A DNA stretch of 64,000 nt, taken from the NCBI GenBank assembly GCA_903860135.1, contig CAIOPG010000011.1, forward strand, positions 320-64,319. The letters run 5' to 3'. Made by a program: the position numbers and the translations under genes. Positions 19,390 to 29,902 of the stretch are shown here, one piece after another; position 1 is the stretch's first letter; each line of letters begins with the position of its first letter. The notes under the pieces are model-generated. The model searched no databases, had not been told where the DNA came from, and saw only the letters and a list, made by a program, of their open reading frames with translations. This DNA comes from Candidatus Omnitrophota bacterium (lineage in GTDB: Bacteria; Omnitrophota; Gorgyraeia; Zapsychrales; Fredricksoniimonadaceae).

Positions 19390-20028
19390 TTACACCGCCC
19401 CCCAGGCCTGCGCCAGAGCCCGCTTGAACTGGGGGACATCCAGGCTGATATTCGTTACAAAATCCCGGTGGCATCTTCCCCGTCGGTAATCAGGCACCCG
19501 TAAAGGCATCTTTAAACACAGGCTTACCAGGGAAAGGTCCATCGCGTAAAGGATCGTCCCGTGATGAAGGACATGCCCGCGCCCGCGCCGCTGGGCATTG
19601 CCGGAAAATTTCATTTCACCAGGGTCAAGCGCAAGGTCGCAGACCGGACGAAACAAGGCCGCGACACCGCAATCTTTTAACGCCTCAGCCACTTTCCCGA
19701 GAATGAATTTATAAGAACGGGTGATCGACGCCATATCCGCATGACGCGTCTTGGCAAGAACCAGGGAAAAATTCAGGCAACCAGGCCCCTGCAATACTGT
19801 TCCTCCGCCGGATGAACGTCGCACAACAGCCACACCAAATTTCTCACAGGCAACGGTATCGACATCATCACCCAAGACGCCTGTCCGTCCCAATACCACA
19901 AAGAACGAAGGGGACTCCCAAAAGCGCAACACTTCCCCCCCTCTGCCGGCATCGGCTTCAGCCAAAAGACGGTCATCATGATCAAGATTTTCCCGGGGAT
20001 CTTCAAAAGAAAGATCTTCGCGCCTCAT
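19390..20028 (-). CDS. Lipoate-protein ligase / octanoyltransferase family protein (BPL/LPL catalytic domain)
   Basis: RRSSGGGTVLQGPG...HVLHHGTILY motifs typical of the LplA/LipB/LipM family. Adjacent to gcv genes. Confidence 0.6.
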   Translation of the reverse strand: MRREDLSFEDPRENLDHDDRLLAEADAGRGGEVLRFWESPSFFVVLGRTGVLGDDVDTVACEKFGVAVVRRSSGGGTVLQGPGCLNFSLVLAKTRHADMASITRSYKFILGKVAEALKDCGVAALFRPVCDLALDPGEMKFSGNAQRRGRGHVLHHGTILYAMDLSLVSLCLKMPLRVPDYRRGRCHRDFVTNISLDVPQFKRALAQAWGAV

Positions 20029-21482
20029 GCCGTTGGCGCGAAGAAATTAACGTTCATCTCACGCGCCGCCTTCGTCTCATCCGGACGGGAAATAGGCATG
20101 GTGCGTGGAAAATCATGGAAGGCCGCCGGGTTTGTTCTGGCCAACGCATCAGCCTCGATCATCGCGTCGACAAAAAGATCGAGTGTCTCACGGCTTTCGG
20201 TTTCTGTCGGCTCGACCATGATCGCCTCCTTGACCGTGAGCGGAAAATAAACGGTCGGGGGATGGATGCCCTGATCGATCAGGCATTTGGCAATATCGAT
20301 CGCGTGAACACCCAACGCCGTCTGGCGCGACGCCGAGAACAGGCATTCATGCATGCAAATACGGTCAAAAGCAACCTGATAATTCTTTTTCAAACGATGC
20401 ATCAGATAATTGGCATTGAGAACCGCGTGATCGCTCGTGGCCTTAAGGCCGTCTCCGCCCAAAAGGAGCATATAGGCATAAGCACGGAGGATAATGCCAA
20501 AGTTACCATAAAAAGAGGCGATGTAGCCGATCGAATCCGGGCGGTCATAATCAAGCGCGAATGATCCGTCCGCACGCTTAACGACACGCGAAACAGGCAA
20601 AAATTTCTCAAGCCTTGCCGTTACCCCCACAGGTCCAGAACCCGGCCCGCCGCCGCCGTGCGGCGTGGCAAAAGTCTTGTGAAGGTTCAGGTGTACGAGG
20701 TCAAAGCCCACATCACCCGGCCGGCAGCGGCCAAGCGTGGCGTTGAGGTTGGCACCGTCATAATACATCAAGCCATCCACAGCATGGATCAGCCGGGATA
20801 TCTCGCTGATGCTGGAATTAAAGACACCATGCGTATCCGGGCAGGTCATCATAAGTCCGGCCACCTCATCCGTAAGAACGGCCTTGAGTTTGGCGATGTC
20901 CATGCCGCCCTTCTTGTCCGACGGAACGGAAATGATCTGATAGCCCGCAACAGCCGCACTCGCAGGATTTGTGCCGTGGGCAGAGTCTGGGATAATAATA
21001 TATTTTTTGTTATTGCCCCTGGCTTTGTGGTAAGCCGCCATGAGCATGATCCCCGTCAGTTCGCCATGCGCGCCGGCCAAAGGCTGAAGGGTAAAGGCCT
21101 TCATGCCCGTGATCTCGCCGAGCCAACGCTCGGTATCATAAAGCACCTCGAGAGCGCCCTGCACATAACGCTCGCCGCCCTTAAGCTGAGGCAAGAGCGG
21201 ATGCAGGTCGGCAAAACCCGGCATGCCCGCTGCCTTCTCGGTGAACTTCGGATTGTATTTCATCGTGCATGATCCGAGCGGATAAATATTCGCATCCAAC
21301 GAAAAATTAAGGCGGGACAACCGTGTAAAATGACGCACCACATCCAGCTCGGAGACTTCGGGAAACCGCGCCGCATCCTGACGCAGATACTTGCTGTCAA
21401 GGGATGCGTTGACCGGAACATCGGATTCCGGCAGTTTGAAGCCCTGACGCCCAGGCACGTTTTGTTCAAATATGAGTTTCAT
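20025..21482 (-). CDS. gcvPB: Glycine dehydrogenase (decarboxylating) subunit 2
   Basis: PLP-binding region LNLHKTFATPHGGGGPG. Canonical length and position after gcvPA. Confidence 0.9.
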   Translation of the reverse strand: MKLIFEQNVPGRQGFKLPESDVPVNASLDSKYLRQDAARFPEVSELDVVRHFTRLSRLNFSLDANIYPLGSCTMKYNPKFTEKAAGMPGFADLHPLLPQLKGGERYVQGALEVLYDTERWLGEITGMKAFTLQPLAGAHGELTGIMLMAAYHKARGNNKKYIIIPDSAHGTNPASAAVAGYQIISVPSDKKGGMDIAKLKAVLTDEVAGLMMTCPDTHGVFNSSISEISRLIHAVDGLMYYDGANLNATLGRCRPGDVGFDLVHLNLHKTFATPHGGGGPGSGPVGVTARLEKFLPVSRVVKRADGSFALDYDRPDSIGYIASFYGNFGIILRAYAYMLLLGGDGLKATSDHAVLNANYLMHRLKKNYQVAFDRICMHECLFSASRQTALGVHAIDIAKCLIDQGIHPPTVYFPLTVKEAIMVEPTETESRETLDLFVDAMIEADALARTNPAAFHDFPRTMPISRPDETKAAREMNVNFFAPTA

Positions 21483-22816
21483 CCCAAGACCTCCGCCAGT
21501 GCCACACCATAGGCTTCAATCTCGGCCTTGGTACGTTTCTCGGTAACAGCCACGAGTAAATAGTTTTCCAGGCCCGGATAATAACGACCTAAAGGGAACC
21601 CGGCCGCAAAGCCTCTGGGGATCATGGCCTCCACGACATCTGCCGCATCGCTGGGCAAACGGACAACAAATTCATTGAATGTCGGCGATGAACGCTTAAC
21701 CTCAACACCAGGGATCTTTTGAAGGACTTGCCGCGCAAATTCGGCCTTGTCAAGATTCAAGGTGGCAAGACGACGGAAGCCTTGCTTCCCCAAGAGCGAC
21801 ATAAAAACAGAAGCCTGGATCGCGCACACCGCCGCATTGGTGCAGATATTGGATGTTGCCTTTTCACGGCGAATATGCTGTTCCCTAGCCTGCAAGGTGT
21901 TCACAAAGCACCGGCGCCCCTGGGCATCTACCGTTTCTCCGATAATACGGCCTGGCATCTGACGGATATACGCCTTGCGCGTCGCCATAAACCCAAAGTA
22001 AGGTCCTCCAAAATTAAGCGGCAGGCCCAACGACTGCCCGTCGCCCGTCACAATATCCACCCCCATCTCGGCCGGTGTTTTAAGCAGCCCCAACGCCACG
22101 GGATAAACACTGGCGATCACCAGCGCCCCTGCGGCATGCGCCTGCGCCACCACATCGGCATGGTCATCGATCACACCAAAGAAATTCGGATTCTGAACGA
22201 TCACCGCCGCCGTATCGTTGCCGATCAGCGAAAACATGGCCGCACGGTCGGTCTGCCCGTGAACAATCGGTGTTTCCATAAACTCAATATGCAAGTTGTG
22301 TGTATAAGAACGGATCAGCTTACGGTAGATCGGGCTGACACCGCCATCCATGATGATTTTCTTACGCCCGGTCACACGGATGGCCATCATCATTGCCTCA
22401 TAAAGGGCTGTGCCCCCATCGTAAAGGGAGGCGTTGGACACTTCCATGCCGGTGAGTGTGCAAATACCGCTCTGATACTCAAATAATGCTTGGAGGGTGC
22501 CTTGAGAACATTCCGGTTGATACGGCGTATAAGCCGTATAGAATTCACCGCGGCTCATGATGGCGCCGCAAGCCGCCGGGACATAATGGTCATAATACCC
22601 GCCGCCGATAAAAGGCACCAAGACCGTCGTATTACTGGCCGCAAGGCGGCGCAAACGCTCCATCACCTCAAATTCCGAAAGTCCGGCAGGAAGATCAAAA
22701 GACTGGGGGGCATGTTCCGGCTTAATATCAGCAAAAAGGGCGTCAATGGAATCAACGCCGATCACACCGAGCATGGCGCGGACATCCTGTTCTGTATTAG
22801 CAATATAGGGATTCAA
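21479..22816 (-). CDS. gcvPA: Glycine dehydrogenase (decarboxylating) subunit 1
   Basis: TAYTPYQPECSQGTLQALFEYQ signature of the P-protein N-terminal subunit. Confidence 0.9.
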   Translation of the reverse strand: MNPYIANTEQDVRAMLGVIGVDSIDALFADIKPEHAPQSFDLPAGLSEFEVMERLRRLAASNTTVLVPFIGGGYYDHYVPAACGAIMSRGEFYTAYTPYQPECSQGTLQALFEYQSGICTLTGMEVSNASLYDGGTALYEAMMMAIRVTGRKKIIMDGGVSPIYRKLIRSYTHNLHIEFMETPIVHGQTDRAAMFSLIGNDTAAVIVQNPNFFGVIDDHADVVAQAHAAGALVIASVYPVALGLLKTPAEMGVDIVTGDGQSLGLPLNFGGPYFGFMATRKAYIRQMPGRIIGETVDAQGRRCFVNTLQAREQHIRREKATSNICTNAAVCAIQASVFMSLLGKQGFRRLATLNLDKAEFARQVLQKIPGVEVKRSSPTFNEFVVRLPSDAADVVEAMIPRGFAAGFPLGRYYPGLENYLLVAVTEKRTKAEIEAYGVALAEVLG

Positions 22817-22845
22817 GGAAAGATCCTGGTTTCCGGGTCAAAAAA

Positions 22846-23259
22846 CTACTCGTCGGTGTCCACAACGCCGTTACGGTCAAGGCTCTCCAGATAGCTTGAA
22901 TATTCTTCCGCTGTCAAAAGATTGGAAGACTCATCCATATCAGCTATTTCTATCCTCGCGATCCAGCCCTTGTCTGAGCACGAACGGTTGATCAAGCCAG
23001 GATCATCGGAAAGCTTGTCATTAACATCAATGATCCGCCCCGACATGGGACAAAAAATATCGCTGGCGGATTTCACGGACTCCACCGACGTAAGCTGCTC
23101 AAACTGCTCCACTTCGCTGTCGGTGTGCGGCAGGTCAACAAACGTGATGTCCCCCAGAGCACCCTGAGCATACTCGGTGATACCCACCGTGCCTACGCCA
23201 TCTTCAATGTTGATCCATTCATGCTCTTTGGTATAAAGATAATGCTCAACGATATCCAT
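22846..23259 (-). CDS. gcvH: Glycine cleavage system H protein (lipoyl carrier)
   Basis: Lipoyl-attachment motif ESVKSASD. About 137 aa. Confidence 0.9.
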   Translation of the reverse strand: MDIVEHYLYTKEHEWINIEDGVGTVGITEYAQGALGDITFVDLPHTDSEVEQFEQLTSVESVKSASDIFCPMSGRIIDVNDKLSDDPGLINRSCSDKGWIARIEIADMDESSNLLTAEEYSSYLESLDRNGVVDTDE

Positions 23260-23278
23260 AAGCCTCTCCGCTTTCCGT

Positions 23279-24376
23279 CTAGTTCCTGAGTGTGCCCATT
23301 TTATAAAATGGCCTTGATGCCGCCTGCGCTTCTACCCTGATTTTTTCATCCCCAAATATAATATTTTTAACTGCCCCCGTAAACTCTTTTTTAATAAAAC
23401 CCATACCCACACCAATCCCTAGGGCTGGTGAAAAAGTTCCGCTGACAACGTCGCCGATCAATATCCCGCCGGCATCGTAGAGAAAATGCCCCTGACGTGG
23501 TGCCCGGCGATTAACGGAAATGAAATGAATGAGCCGGCGAGAACCATCCTTATCCCGCCGCAAAAGCGCCTCGCGGCCAATGAAACCCTTATTGACGTCA
23601 ACAAATCTTTTCAGGCCCGCTTCCAACGGGGTTATGTCTTCAGACAGCTCATGGCCATAAAGCGGATAACAAACCTCCATGCGCAGCACATCGCGCACCC
23701 CTAACCCCGTCGGACGGACACGATCGTCCGCACAAAGGGCATTCCAAATCTTTGGCGCCCTGTCCCAGGGATAATAGATCTCATACCCCAGCTCGCCGGT
23801 ATAGCCCGTCCGGCTGATGATCACCTCTTCCCCGAGAAGGGAAAAAGTCCCGAACGTGTAATACGCCAGGTCCCTGACGCCCGGCACCAGCGACACCATC
23901 ACATCCCGGGACAAAGGCCCCTGGACATCGATCTTGGCGGTTGCATGCGAAACATCCGTGAAGGCTGTGCCCGGCGCAAGATGCGTACGAAAATGGGCTG
24001 CGTCCTTGTCAATGTTTCCAGCATTGACCACCACCAGCCACTTCTTGGGTGCCAGCCGGTACACAATCAGGTCATCGATCGTCCCCCCGTCAGCATTCAG
24101 GGCCAGGCCATAACGGCACGTCCCCACAGGCTGATCTGCCAACGGTTGTGTGACAATATTCTCCAGGCCAGACGCCGCCGCCTCGCCCTCGATCAGGAAC
24201 TCGCCCATGTGAGAACAATCAAAAACAGAACACCCCTTACGATTGGCTTCATGCTCCCTGAGGATACCATCAGGATACTGAAGCGGCATCTCCCAGCCGG
24301 AAAAAGGGACCATTTTTGCGCCCAAGGCCAGGTGCGCCGCATAGAGAGGTGTCCGCCGTACAGCTGATAAGGTCAT
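23279..24376 (-). CDS. gcvT: Glycine cleavage system T protein (aminomethyltransferase)
   Basis: 365 aa. FSGWEMPLQY and GYTGELGYEIY motifs. Confidence 0.9.
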   Translation of the reverse strand: MTLSAVRRTPLYAAHLALGAKMVPFSGWEMPLQYPDGILREHEANRKGCSVFDCSHMGEFLIEGEAAASGLENIVTQPLADQPVGTCRYGLALNADGGTIDDLIVYRLAPKKWLVVVNAGNIDKDAAHFRTHLAPGTAFTDVSHATAKIDVQGPLSRDVMVSLVPGVRDLAYYTFGTFSLLGEEVIISRTGYTGELGYEIYYPWDRAPKIWNALCADDRVRPTGLGVRDVLRMEVCYPLYGHELSEDITPLEAGLKRFVDVNKGFIGREALLRRDKDGSRRLIHFISVNRRAPRQGHFLYDAGGILIGDVVSGTFSPALGIGVGMGFIKKEFTGAVKNIIFGDEKIRVEAQAASRPFYKMGTLRN

Positions 24377-24380
24377 CCCA

Positions 24381-27300
24381 TTACTCCAGTATTACATCTA
24401 TACGCATTACTTTGCCATCACGCACATCTCCCGCAAAAGGAGACGCGATACAACCGCCCGCGATCTTCTGAACTTTACCGCCGTGCGCCGCAGCGTAGGT
24501 CAAGGTCACCCGCGCGACAACAGCGGCGTGAGCGCCAAAAGTATCTGCCCGACGGCTGTTGTGATAAACAACCAATGTCCGCCCCATGAAATGAAAAGCA
24601 TACGTATGGGCCGGAAAGTCAACGATATGCCGTTCCCCCGCCAGCGTGAACACCTCTGCCGACGACTTCTTTTCCGTGAACCAGGTTCCCTTGAGTGCCG
24701 GCTTGAAATCGAGCTCGAGCACGCCGTCGGCATTGAGCTTGAAAGGCGCCGCCCCCGCATTCATCATCATCCACATGTGCGTAAACTCGGCGGTGCTGCC
24801 GGAAAGCCGCGCCACAAAACCCTGACCATGCAGATCTTTATCCGGATGGGCACTCGAAACAATGAATGAGGAATTCTCGATGATACTGCGGCCATACCGG
24901 GCAGGATCCATGAACGGAACGCAACAGGTCGCAAGATCCTGATAAAACTCATCGTAAAGCCCCTGGCGCAATAGTTCCAGCAGGTACTTGTACTCCATAT
25001 GCAGCCAGATAGACTCATTCTCAAGCCAGCCACGGGGAAACACGCGCGTGCGCCCGATCTCTTCACTCTCGGCGGCAATATTGATATTTAATTTATACAT
25101 GCCTATCTCACGGTCAAAAAGCTGGCTCTTGCGCACTTTCCGATGCAAGGCGCGTGCGTGCGCCACACTTTTCTCACTGCGCAAAGCATGAACAAATCCT
25201 TCCAAAAAGAGAGGCAGGTCATGCCGTTCAAACGCCAGCGGCTTCACATGAGGCCCTTCTTTGGCAGGCGCGAGCCCTTCGACCACCTCATGACGGGTAA
25301 CCTTGTGGGTATAATAAGTGGCAAAAAGCCCGTCGGCCTGCAACGCCCTGGCAACGCCCTTGTTGGTCTTGCCAATGACCCCTTCGAGCAGACGCCGGAT
25401 CGCGGGGATGGACAGCTCTCTTTCAACACCTGAAATGCCCTGACGTATCCGGGAACGATATGTTTCCTTGAGCGTATTTGACCTGTCCCAATATTCAAGG
25501 TCCGAAGGCTCCTGCGTCAAGAGCTCTCCCAAGCCATTACAAAAATCAGCCAGCTCTTCAAACACAGGTACCAAAACCGAAGTCTCGAGCGTTATGTGAT
25601 CAAACGCATCGAGAATAAAAGCCGCAAAGCGCCTCAATTCAAACGTCTCGGAAATGGACGATCCCAACAACCCGGGCAATCCGTTTAATGAATCATACCA
25701 GTTCGGTTTATTGCCCTCCATCTCGATACCAATGCCGCTTGGATCAAGGGTCGCCGCCTTATTGGCGATCAGGCACAGCATCTTGACCAGGAACGTTGTG
25801 CGGTAAACATCCCCCCGGCCTTCATGGACACGCAGGGAACCATCCTTCACCTCACCGGCTTCATGAAGGGAATGATACTGCCGCACCCCGCGGGTGGTCA
25901 GCACATAACGCTTTTCACGCGGCTGGACATAGATCGCATTGTGGTAAAAACTGAAACTCCTGTTGTTCAAAAGAAGATCCCGCAGATTCTCCGGGTACAG
26001 GGCCAGATAGCTTTCCACCAGATCAAGATTGTAGGTCCAGTGATCCGTCCAGAAACCTTCCCCGTGCTGGGCTGTCTCCGACTTCCGGCAGACGCTCAGC
26101 GCGCGCGCCAAGAATTCTCGCGGCTCGACTTTCAACCGGATGCCGTTGTCCGCAATGAACGTGAATACGTCCCCCGGCATAAAGCCCTTCTTCAAAAATG
26201 TCGCAAACGCCGACGTGTCGCCAGACTTGACGCACGCAGACATCAAGTCATCAACGAGAACACCGGATTCCGGCGTAAAAGCCATACCGCAGACAACCAG
26301 CGGGTTATATCCGTCCGCACGCGTGAGCGAAAAGAAATTGACCAGCGCACTGTCCTTGAGGTCGGGATTGAACCAAACGTCATTACGCCGGTTCTGGTTC
26401 ACATCGCGATAATTTCCGTTGCCCTGGGAAAGAAAGGTTGAGGCAAGTTTGAAGAAATTATAGTCGCGTTCCATATCCCCGTGCTTGCGGCTATAGACAT
26501 TGAACACGGCCGGGCCTGTGCTTGTTTTCAGGCTCACCGGCAGTCCGCCGCGCAGGACATTATCAAGGAACGTCTGACCAGCATAGGCATTGAACGCGTG
26601 ATCTGCGCTGTGTGTGAAGGCCAACGACTTGATACCCTCGACAATGGCGCGGTTGCGCTCACGCTTGAGCGCGATAAAACCCGAAGCCGTTGCCTTCTTG
26701 ACATTAACATTCAACTCGCCGACGCTACGCGCAAACCCCGTGAGGCTCACGAAATCCCTTGATGCCCCGGCCCGGAGTGAAAACACGGCATGCGCCATGG
26801 CGCACGGGGTACGATTATCCGTCTGCTGAATGGACGGGGCACTGAATTTCTTGGCATCCATAAACCGCTCTGGCACAGCAAAATCTGTGACTTGCCCGAA
26901 TACCGCCGCCGCCTCAACGACCGGTTGCAGAAGAACACCGGGCTTGGCCTGGGGATCAAACGCAAAATAAAAATTACCTTCCTTCACATGCTGTACCTGC
27001 GGCACATCGGCCGGCTCGACATTCAGCTGAAAATAAGGGGCGTCCTTGTCAAGGTTACGGACCTTATACCAGGCCTCGATGGTACGGCACATATTCTTCA
27101 TCACCCAGTCATTCTGCCCGAAAGGAATAATAAGCGGCAACCCGTCGATCATGTCCACCGCAAGAACATCCTTGGAGATGTTCTTGAACGTGACGGTACG
27201 GACAAGCCCGGCGAAGGATTCTTCAGGCATCGTAAAATAATTAACCGTCACCGAGAGACCAAGCGTCGTGTTGACCTCTTCGATTGTCAGGTCGTGAGAC

Positions 27301-27644
27301 GTGATCATCATGGATTGACGGGTGTTGTACTGATCGCTGGCGCGAAAAGGTTCGTAAAATCTGACAGCGGCACCTTTCTTAACCTTCAAAAACGTGCGAA
27401 ACCCCTGTGTGCCCGTCAAGCGGTAGGCTTTGTTGGCGGGCTGGAATTCCAAAATTGCCTTATCTTTGGATTCAATGCCAAAAGAAGCTATGCCCTGGCC
27501 GCGGTTGGTTGTGAACACCCACATTGGAATGCCCCATTCACCCGCGATCCCCGGAAAGAAATTCGAGAACGGCTTCTTGCGGCTGAAGTCCTCAATGACA
27601 AATGTACCATCTGGCCGCAAATACTGTTCTGCTGATTTTTTCAT
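24381..27644 (-). CDS. Large (1087 aa) uncharacterized protein, possibly a GH94-like glycoside phosphorylase/hydrolase ((alpha/alpha)6 barrel)
   Basis: Long uninterrupted ORF. NWYDSLNG resembles the GH94 DWNDxLN catalytic region. Assignment is weak. Confidence 0.3.
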   Translation of the reverse strand: MKKSAEQYLRPDGTFVIEDFSRKKPFSNFFPGIAGEWGIPMWVFTTNRGQGIASFGIESKDKAILEFQPANKAYRLTGTQGFRTFLKVKKGAAVRFYEPFRASDQYNTRQSMMITSHDLTIEEVNTTLGLSVTVNYFTMPEESFAGLVRTVTFKNISKDVLAVDMIDGLPLIIPFGQNDWVMKNMCRTIEAWYKVRNLDKDAPYFQLNVEPADVPQVQHVKEGNFYFAFDPQAKPGVLLQPVVEAAAVFGQVTDFAVPERFMDAKKFSAPSIQQTDNRTPCAMAHAVFSLRAGASRDFVSLTGFARSVGELNVNVKKATASGFIALKRERNRAIVEGIKSLAFTHSADHAFNAYAGQTFLDNVLRGGLPVSLKTSTGPAVFNVYSRKHGDMERDYNFFKLASTFLSQGNGNYRDVNQNRRNDVWFNPDLKDSALVNFFSLTRADGYNPLVVCGMAFTPESGVLVDDLMSACVKSGDTSAFATFLKKGFMPGDVFTFIADNGIRLKVEPREFLARALSVCRKSETAQHGEGFWTDHWTYNLDLVESYLALYPENLRDLLLNNRSFSFYHNAIYVQPREKRYVLTTRGVRQYHSLHEAGEVKDGSLRVHEGRGDVYRTTFLVKMLCLIANKAATLDPSGIGIEMEGNKPNWYDSLNGLPGLLGSSISETFELRRFAAFILDAFDHITLETSVLVPVFEELADFCNGLGELLTQEPSDLEYWDRSNTLKETYRSRIRQGISGVERELSIPAIRRLLEGVIGKTNKGVARALQADGLFATYYTHKVTRHEVVEGLAPAKEGPHVKPLAFERHDLPLFLEGFVHALRSEKSVAHARALHRKVRKSQLFDREIGMYKLNINIAAESEEIGRTRVFPRGWLENESIWLHMEYKYLLELLRQGLYDEFYQDLATCCVPFMDPARYGRSIIENSSFIVSSAHPDKDLHGQGFVARLSGSTAEFTHMWMMMNAGAAPFKLNADGVLELDFKPALKGTWFTEKKSSAEVFTLAGERHIVDFPAHTYAFHFMGRTLVVYHNSRRADTFGAHAAVVARVTLTYAAAHGGKVQKIAGGCIASPFAGDVRDGKVMRIDVILE

Positions 27645-27689
27645 AAGCCTCCTCTTTTCGCCGTAATGAAACTTGTCCCGTAAAGGTGA

Positions 27690-28457
27690 TCAAAATGAAT
27701 TCTTGACCGCCCTGAAAAGATTGTAATACCCTGAAAGTTTGAACCACAGAACAAAGCCGCTGTCTTCATCTTTAACCCGGATGCGCTTGAGCTCATAAAG
27801 ATCTTTGGCACGATGATCTTCTCCCCGATTTGTCGTTACAGCCGCCGCATAACCGGCATCTTTTAAATCTTTCTTAACCAAGGGAGTGAACCCACCGATA
27901 GGATACGAAAAAAACAGCACTTGCCGCCCAAGGCGGTATTCCATCAACCGCTTGCTTTCCCTCACCTCGAAGGCCGCCTTCTGCGGCGTAATATCAGGCA
28001 TATAAACACCGGTGAGCGTGTGACTGCCAAATGTCATACCGTGGTCGGCCATTTCCTCAACTTGAGCCCATGTCAGACGGTCTGCCGCCCCCAGCTTAGC
28101 AACCTCCACAAAAATATCGGCCGGAAAACCATACGCAACAAGCAAGGGATAAGCCTGGGTGTAATTATTTTCATACCCGTCATCAAAAGTGATCACAACA
28201 CTTCTGCGATCAAGCGTCTGGCCTTTCTTAATACGGTCAACCAACGCTGCCAACGTTATGACCTGATACCCCTGTTGATGGATATAGGCCAATTGCCGGG
28301 AAAAATTAACCGGCCGCACATTGTTGAGCGGCTCAAACCACGAAGCTTCAACCGCATGATACATCAGGATCGGCACCTGATAACGTGGCGCCAGCCACCC
28401 GGCGGCACAGCCCCAAAGAGCCAGCCCAATAGCAACGATGAAAATATTTTTCTTCAT
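27690..28457 (-). CDS. Polysaccharide deacetylase (NodB homology domain), secreted
   Basis: Signal peptide. VVITFDDGYENNY NodB motif. Confidence 0.75.
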   Translation of the reverse strand: MKKNIFIVAIGLALWGCAAGWLAPRYQVPILMYHAVEASWFEPLNNVRPVNFSRQLAYIHQQGYQVITLAALVDRIKKGQTLDRRSVVITFDDGYENNYTQAYPLLVAYGFPADIFVEVAKLGAADRLTWAQVEEMADHGMTFGSHTLTGVYMPDITPQKAAFEVRESKRLMEYRLGRQVLFFSYPIGGFTPLVKKDLKDAGYAAAVTTNRGEDHRAKDLYELKRIRVKDEDSGFVLWFKLSGYYNLFRAVKNSF

Positions 28458-28462
28458 AAACG

Positions 28463-28915
28463 TTACAACGACGCCAGTTTTTCTTTGACCAATTCACTGA
28501 CAAGCTTGCCGTCAGCGCCGCCACCGACTTTCTCGCGCACCGCTTTCATGACATTCCCCATATCTTTCAACGATGAAGCCCCCGTCTCCGCAACCACCGC
28601 ATCGATCACGCGCCTGATCTCTTCGGCCGGCATTTCAGCCGGAAGATACGTCTTCATAACGTCCAGCTCCGCCTGCTCCTTGGCCGCAAGCTCTGGCCGG
28701 CCGCCCTTTTCGAATTGCGCGATAGAATCCTGCCGCTGTTTGATCTGCTTCTTGACAACAGCGATCACGTCATCATCGCTAACAGCGTCGAGGCGCCTGT
28801 CCACCTTGACCTGCTTGATCATGGCGCGCAAATAATTGATCGTGGCAGAAAGGTCGGTGGCCTTGTTCTTCATGGCCTGAACATATTCCCTGCTGATGCG
28901 CTCTTCTAACGACAT
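28463..28915 (-). CDS. GatB/YqeY domain protein
   Basis: Typical YqeY sequence (YLRAMIKQVKVD..., KDMGNVMKAV). 150 aa. Confidence 0.8.
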   Translation of the reverse strand: MSLEERISREYVQAMKNKATDLSATINYLRAMIKQVKVDRRLDAVSDDDVIAVVKKQIKQRQDSIAQFEKGGRPELAAKEQAELDVMKTYLPAEMPAEEIRRVIDAVVAETGASSLKDMGNVMKAVREKVGGGADGKLVSELVKEKLASL

Positions 28916-28934
28916 GCCATCCCCCTCTTAAAAT

Positions 28935-29204
28935 TTATTGATTTTTTATATTAATCACTTTATGCCGCGATTTCAAACCCTTTATTATCTCTATACGCGA
29001 TGACCGTACCCCATAATGTTCAGCCAAAAAATCTGCCAACGCTTCATTGGCTTTGCCATCGACAGGCGGTGCCGTCAAATGAACCTTGATCCCGCCCTCA
29101 ACCTCATGGACCATATTCTTGCGTGCACCAGGGATCACTTTAACATTCAGGATCATGTGGCATTGCCTCAAAACAGGTACTTCCGCGCATCGGTCCTCAG
29201 CCAC
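28935..29204 (-). CDS. DUF167 (YggU family) protein
   Basis: LNVKVIPGARKN...VHLTAPPVDGKANEAL pattern. 89 aa. Confidence 0.7.
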   Translation of the reverse strand: MAEDRCAEVPVLRQCHMILNVKVIPGARKNMVHEVEGGIKVHLTAPPVDGKANEALADFLAEHYGVRSSRIEIIKGLKSRHKVINIKNQ

Positions 29205-29836
29205 AACCTGCGGGCACGCCAGTCAGGACAAAAACGCGCCACTTCAGCCCAAAACGCACGCGAATGATCCAGATGCCGGGCATGCGCTAACTCATGGATC
29301 ACAATATATTCAAGTATCGTCGCCGGGAAGGCGATCATGCGCCAGTTCAGTTGAACACTCCTGGAACCAGCACTGTAACTTCCCCAAAGCCTTTGCTGAT
29401 CCTTGATAACAACCCGGGGCAATGGCAACGCCATCCGCACGGCCCACGCCTGGACAAGCTTCGGAAATACTTTCGTCGCTGCGAGGCGGTACCACTTGAT
29501 GACCAGCCGCCGCCTGTCAGCCTCTCCACCCTGGACACTCCAACCATCGGGGAAGTCCTCTAGCCGAGGAACTCCCGTATCATCCGCAACACATTCGAGA
29601 TGGCAGGCCTCACCCTGAAAGTACAGTTGTCCGCCTGTCAAAAAAATATTACTGCCGGCTCCCGCATCAGCCCCGGACTCTGCCAAAGCCCGGCGAATCC
29701 ATGCTTCTTTGCGCCAAAGAAAATCCTGAATATCGCTGTCAGGCATTCCCGCCGGAGCATTCACCTGAACCCCCTTGATCCCGACACGAACCTGGAGCGT
29801 TGTGCGGCGCGATGAACGGATGATATTAAAATCCAT
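29168..29836 (-). CDS. YgjP/DUF45 (M48/WLM-like) zinc metallohydrolase
   Basis: HELAHARHLDHSRAFW (HExxH...H). About 220 aa. Confidence 0.7.
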   Translation of the reverse strand: MDFNIIRSSRRTTLQVRVGIKGVQVNAPAGMPDSDIQDFLWRKEAWIRRALAESGADAGAGSNIFLTGGQLYFQGEACHLECVADDTGVPRLEDFPDGWSVQGGEADRRRLVIKWYRLAATKVFPKLVQAWAVRMALPLPRVVIKDQQRLWGSYSAGSRSVQLNWRMIAFPATILEYIVIHELAHARHLDHSRAFWAEVARFCPDWRARRLWLRTDARKYLF

Positions 29837-29902
29837 AATAATTAAAAACCGAAGCAGACTTGCGCCGGCTTCGGTTCATTCACAGGAGACGGACATTTAA
29901 CT

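Noticed and set aside
19346-19474. N-terminal extension of the S41 peptidase ORF, and similar extensions on the 7TM-HD, ybeY, hipS/hipB-like and helicase ORFs
   Set aside because: The track uses alternative starts (TTG/GTG) and maximal ORFs. The extensions overlap upstream genes and precede obvious signal peptides or conserved N-termini, so internal ATG starts were preferred.
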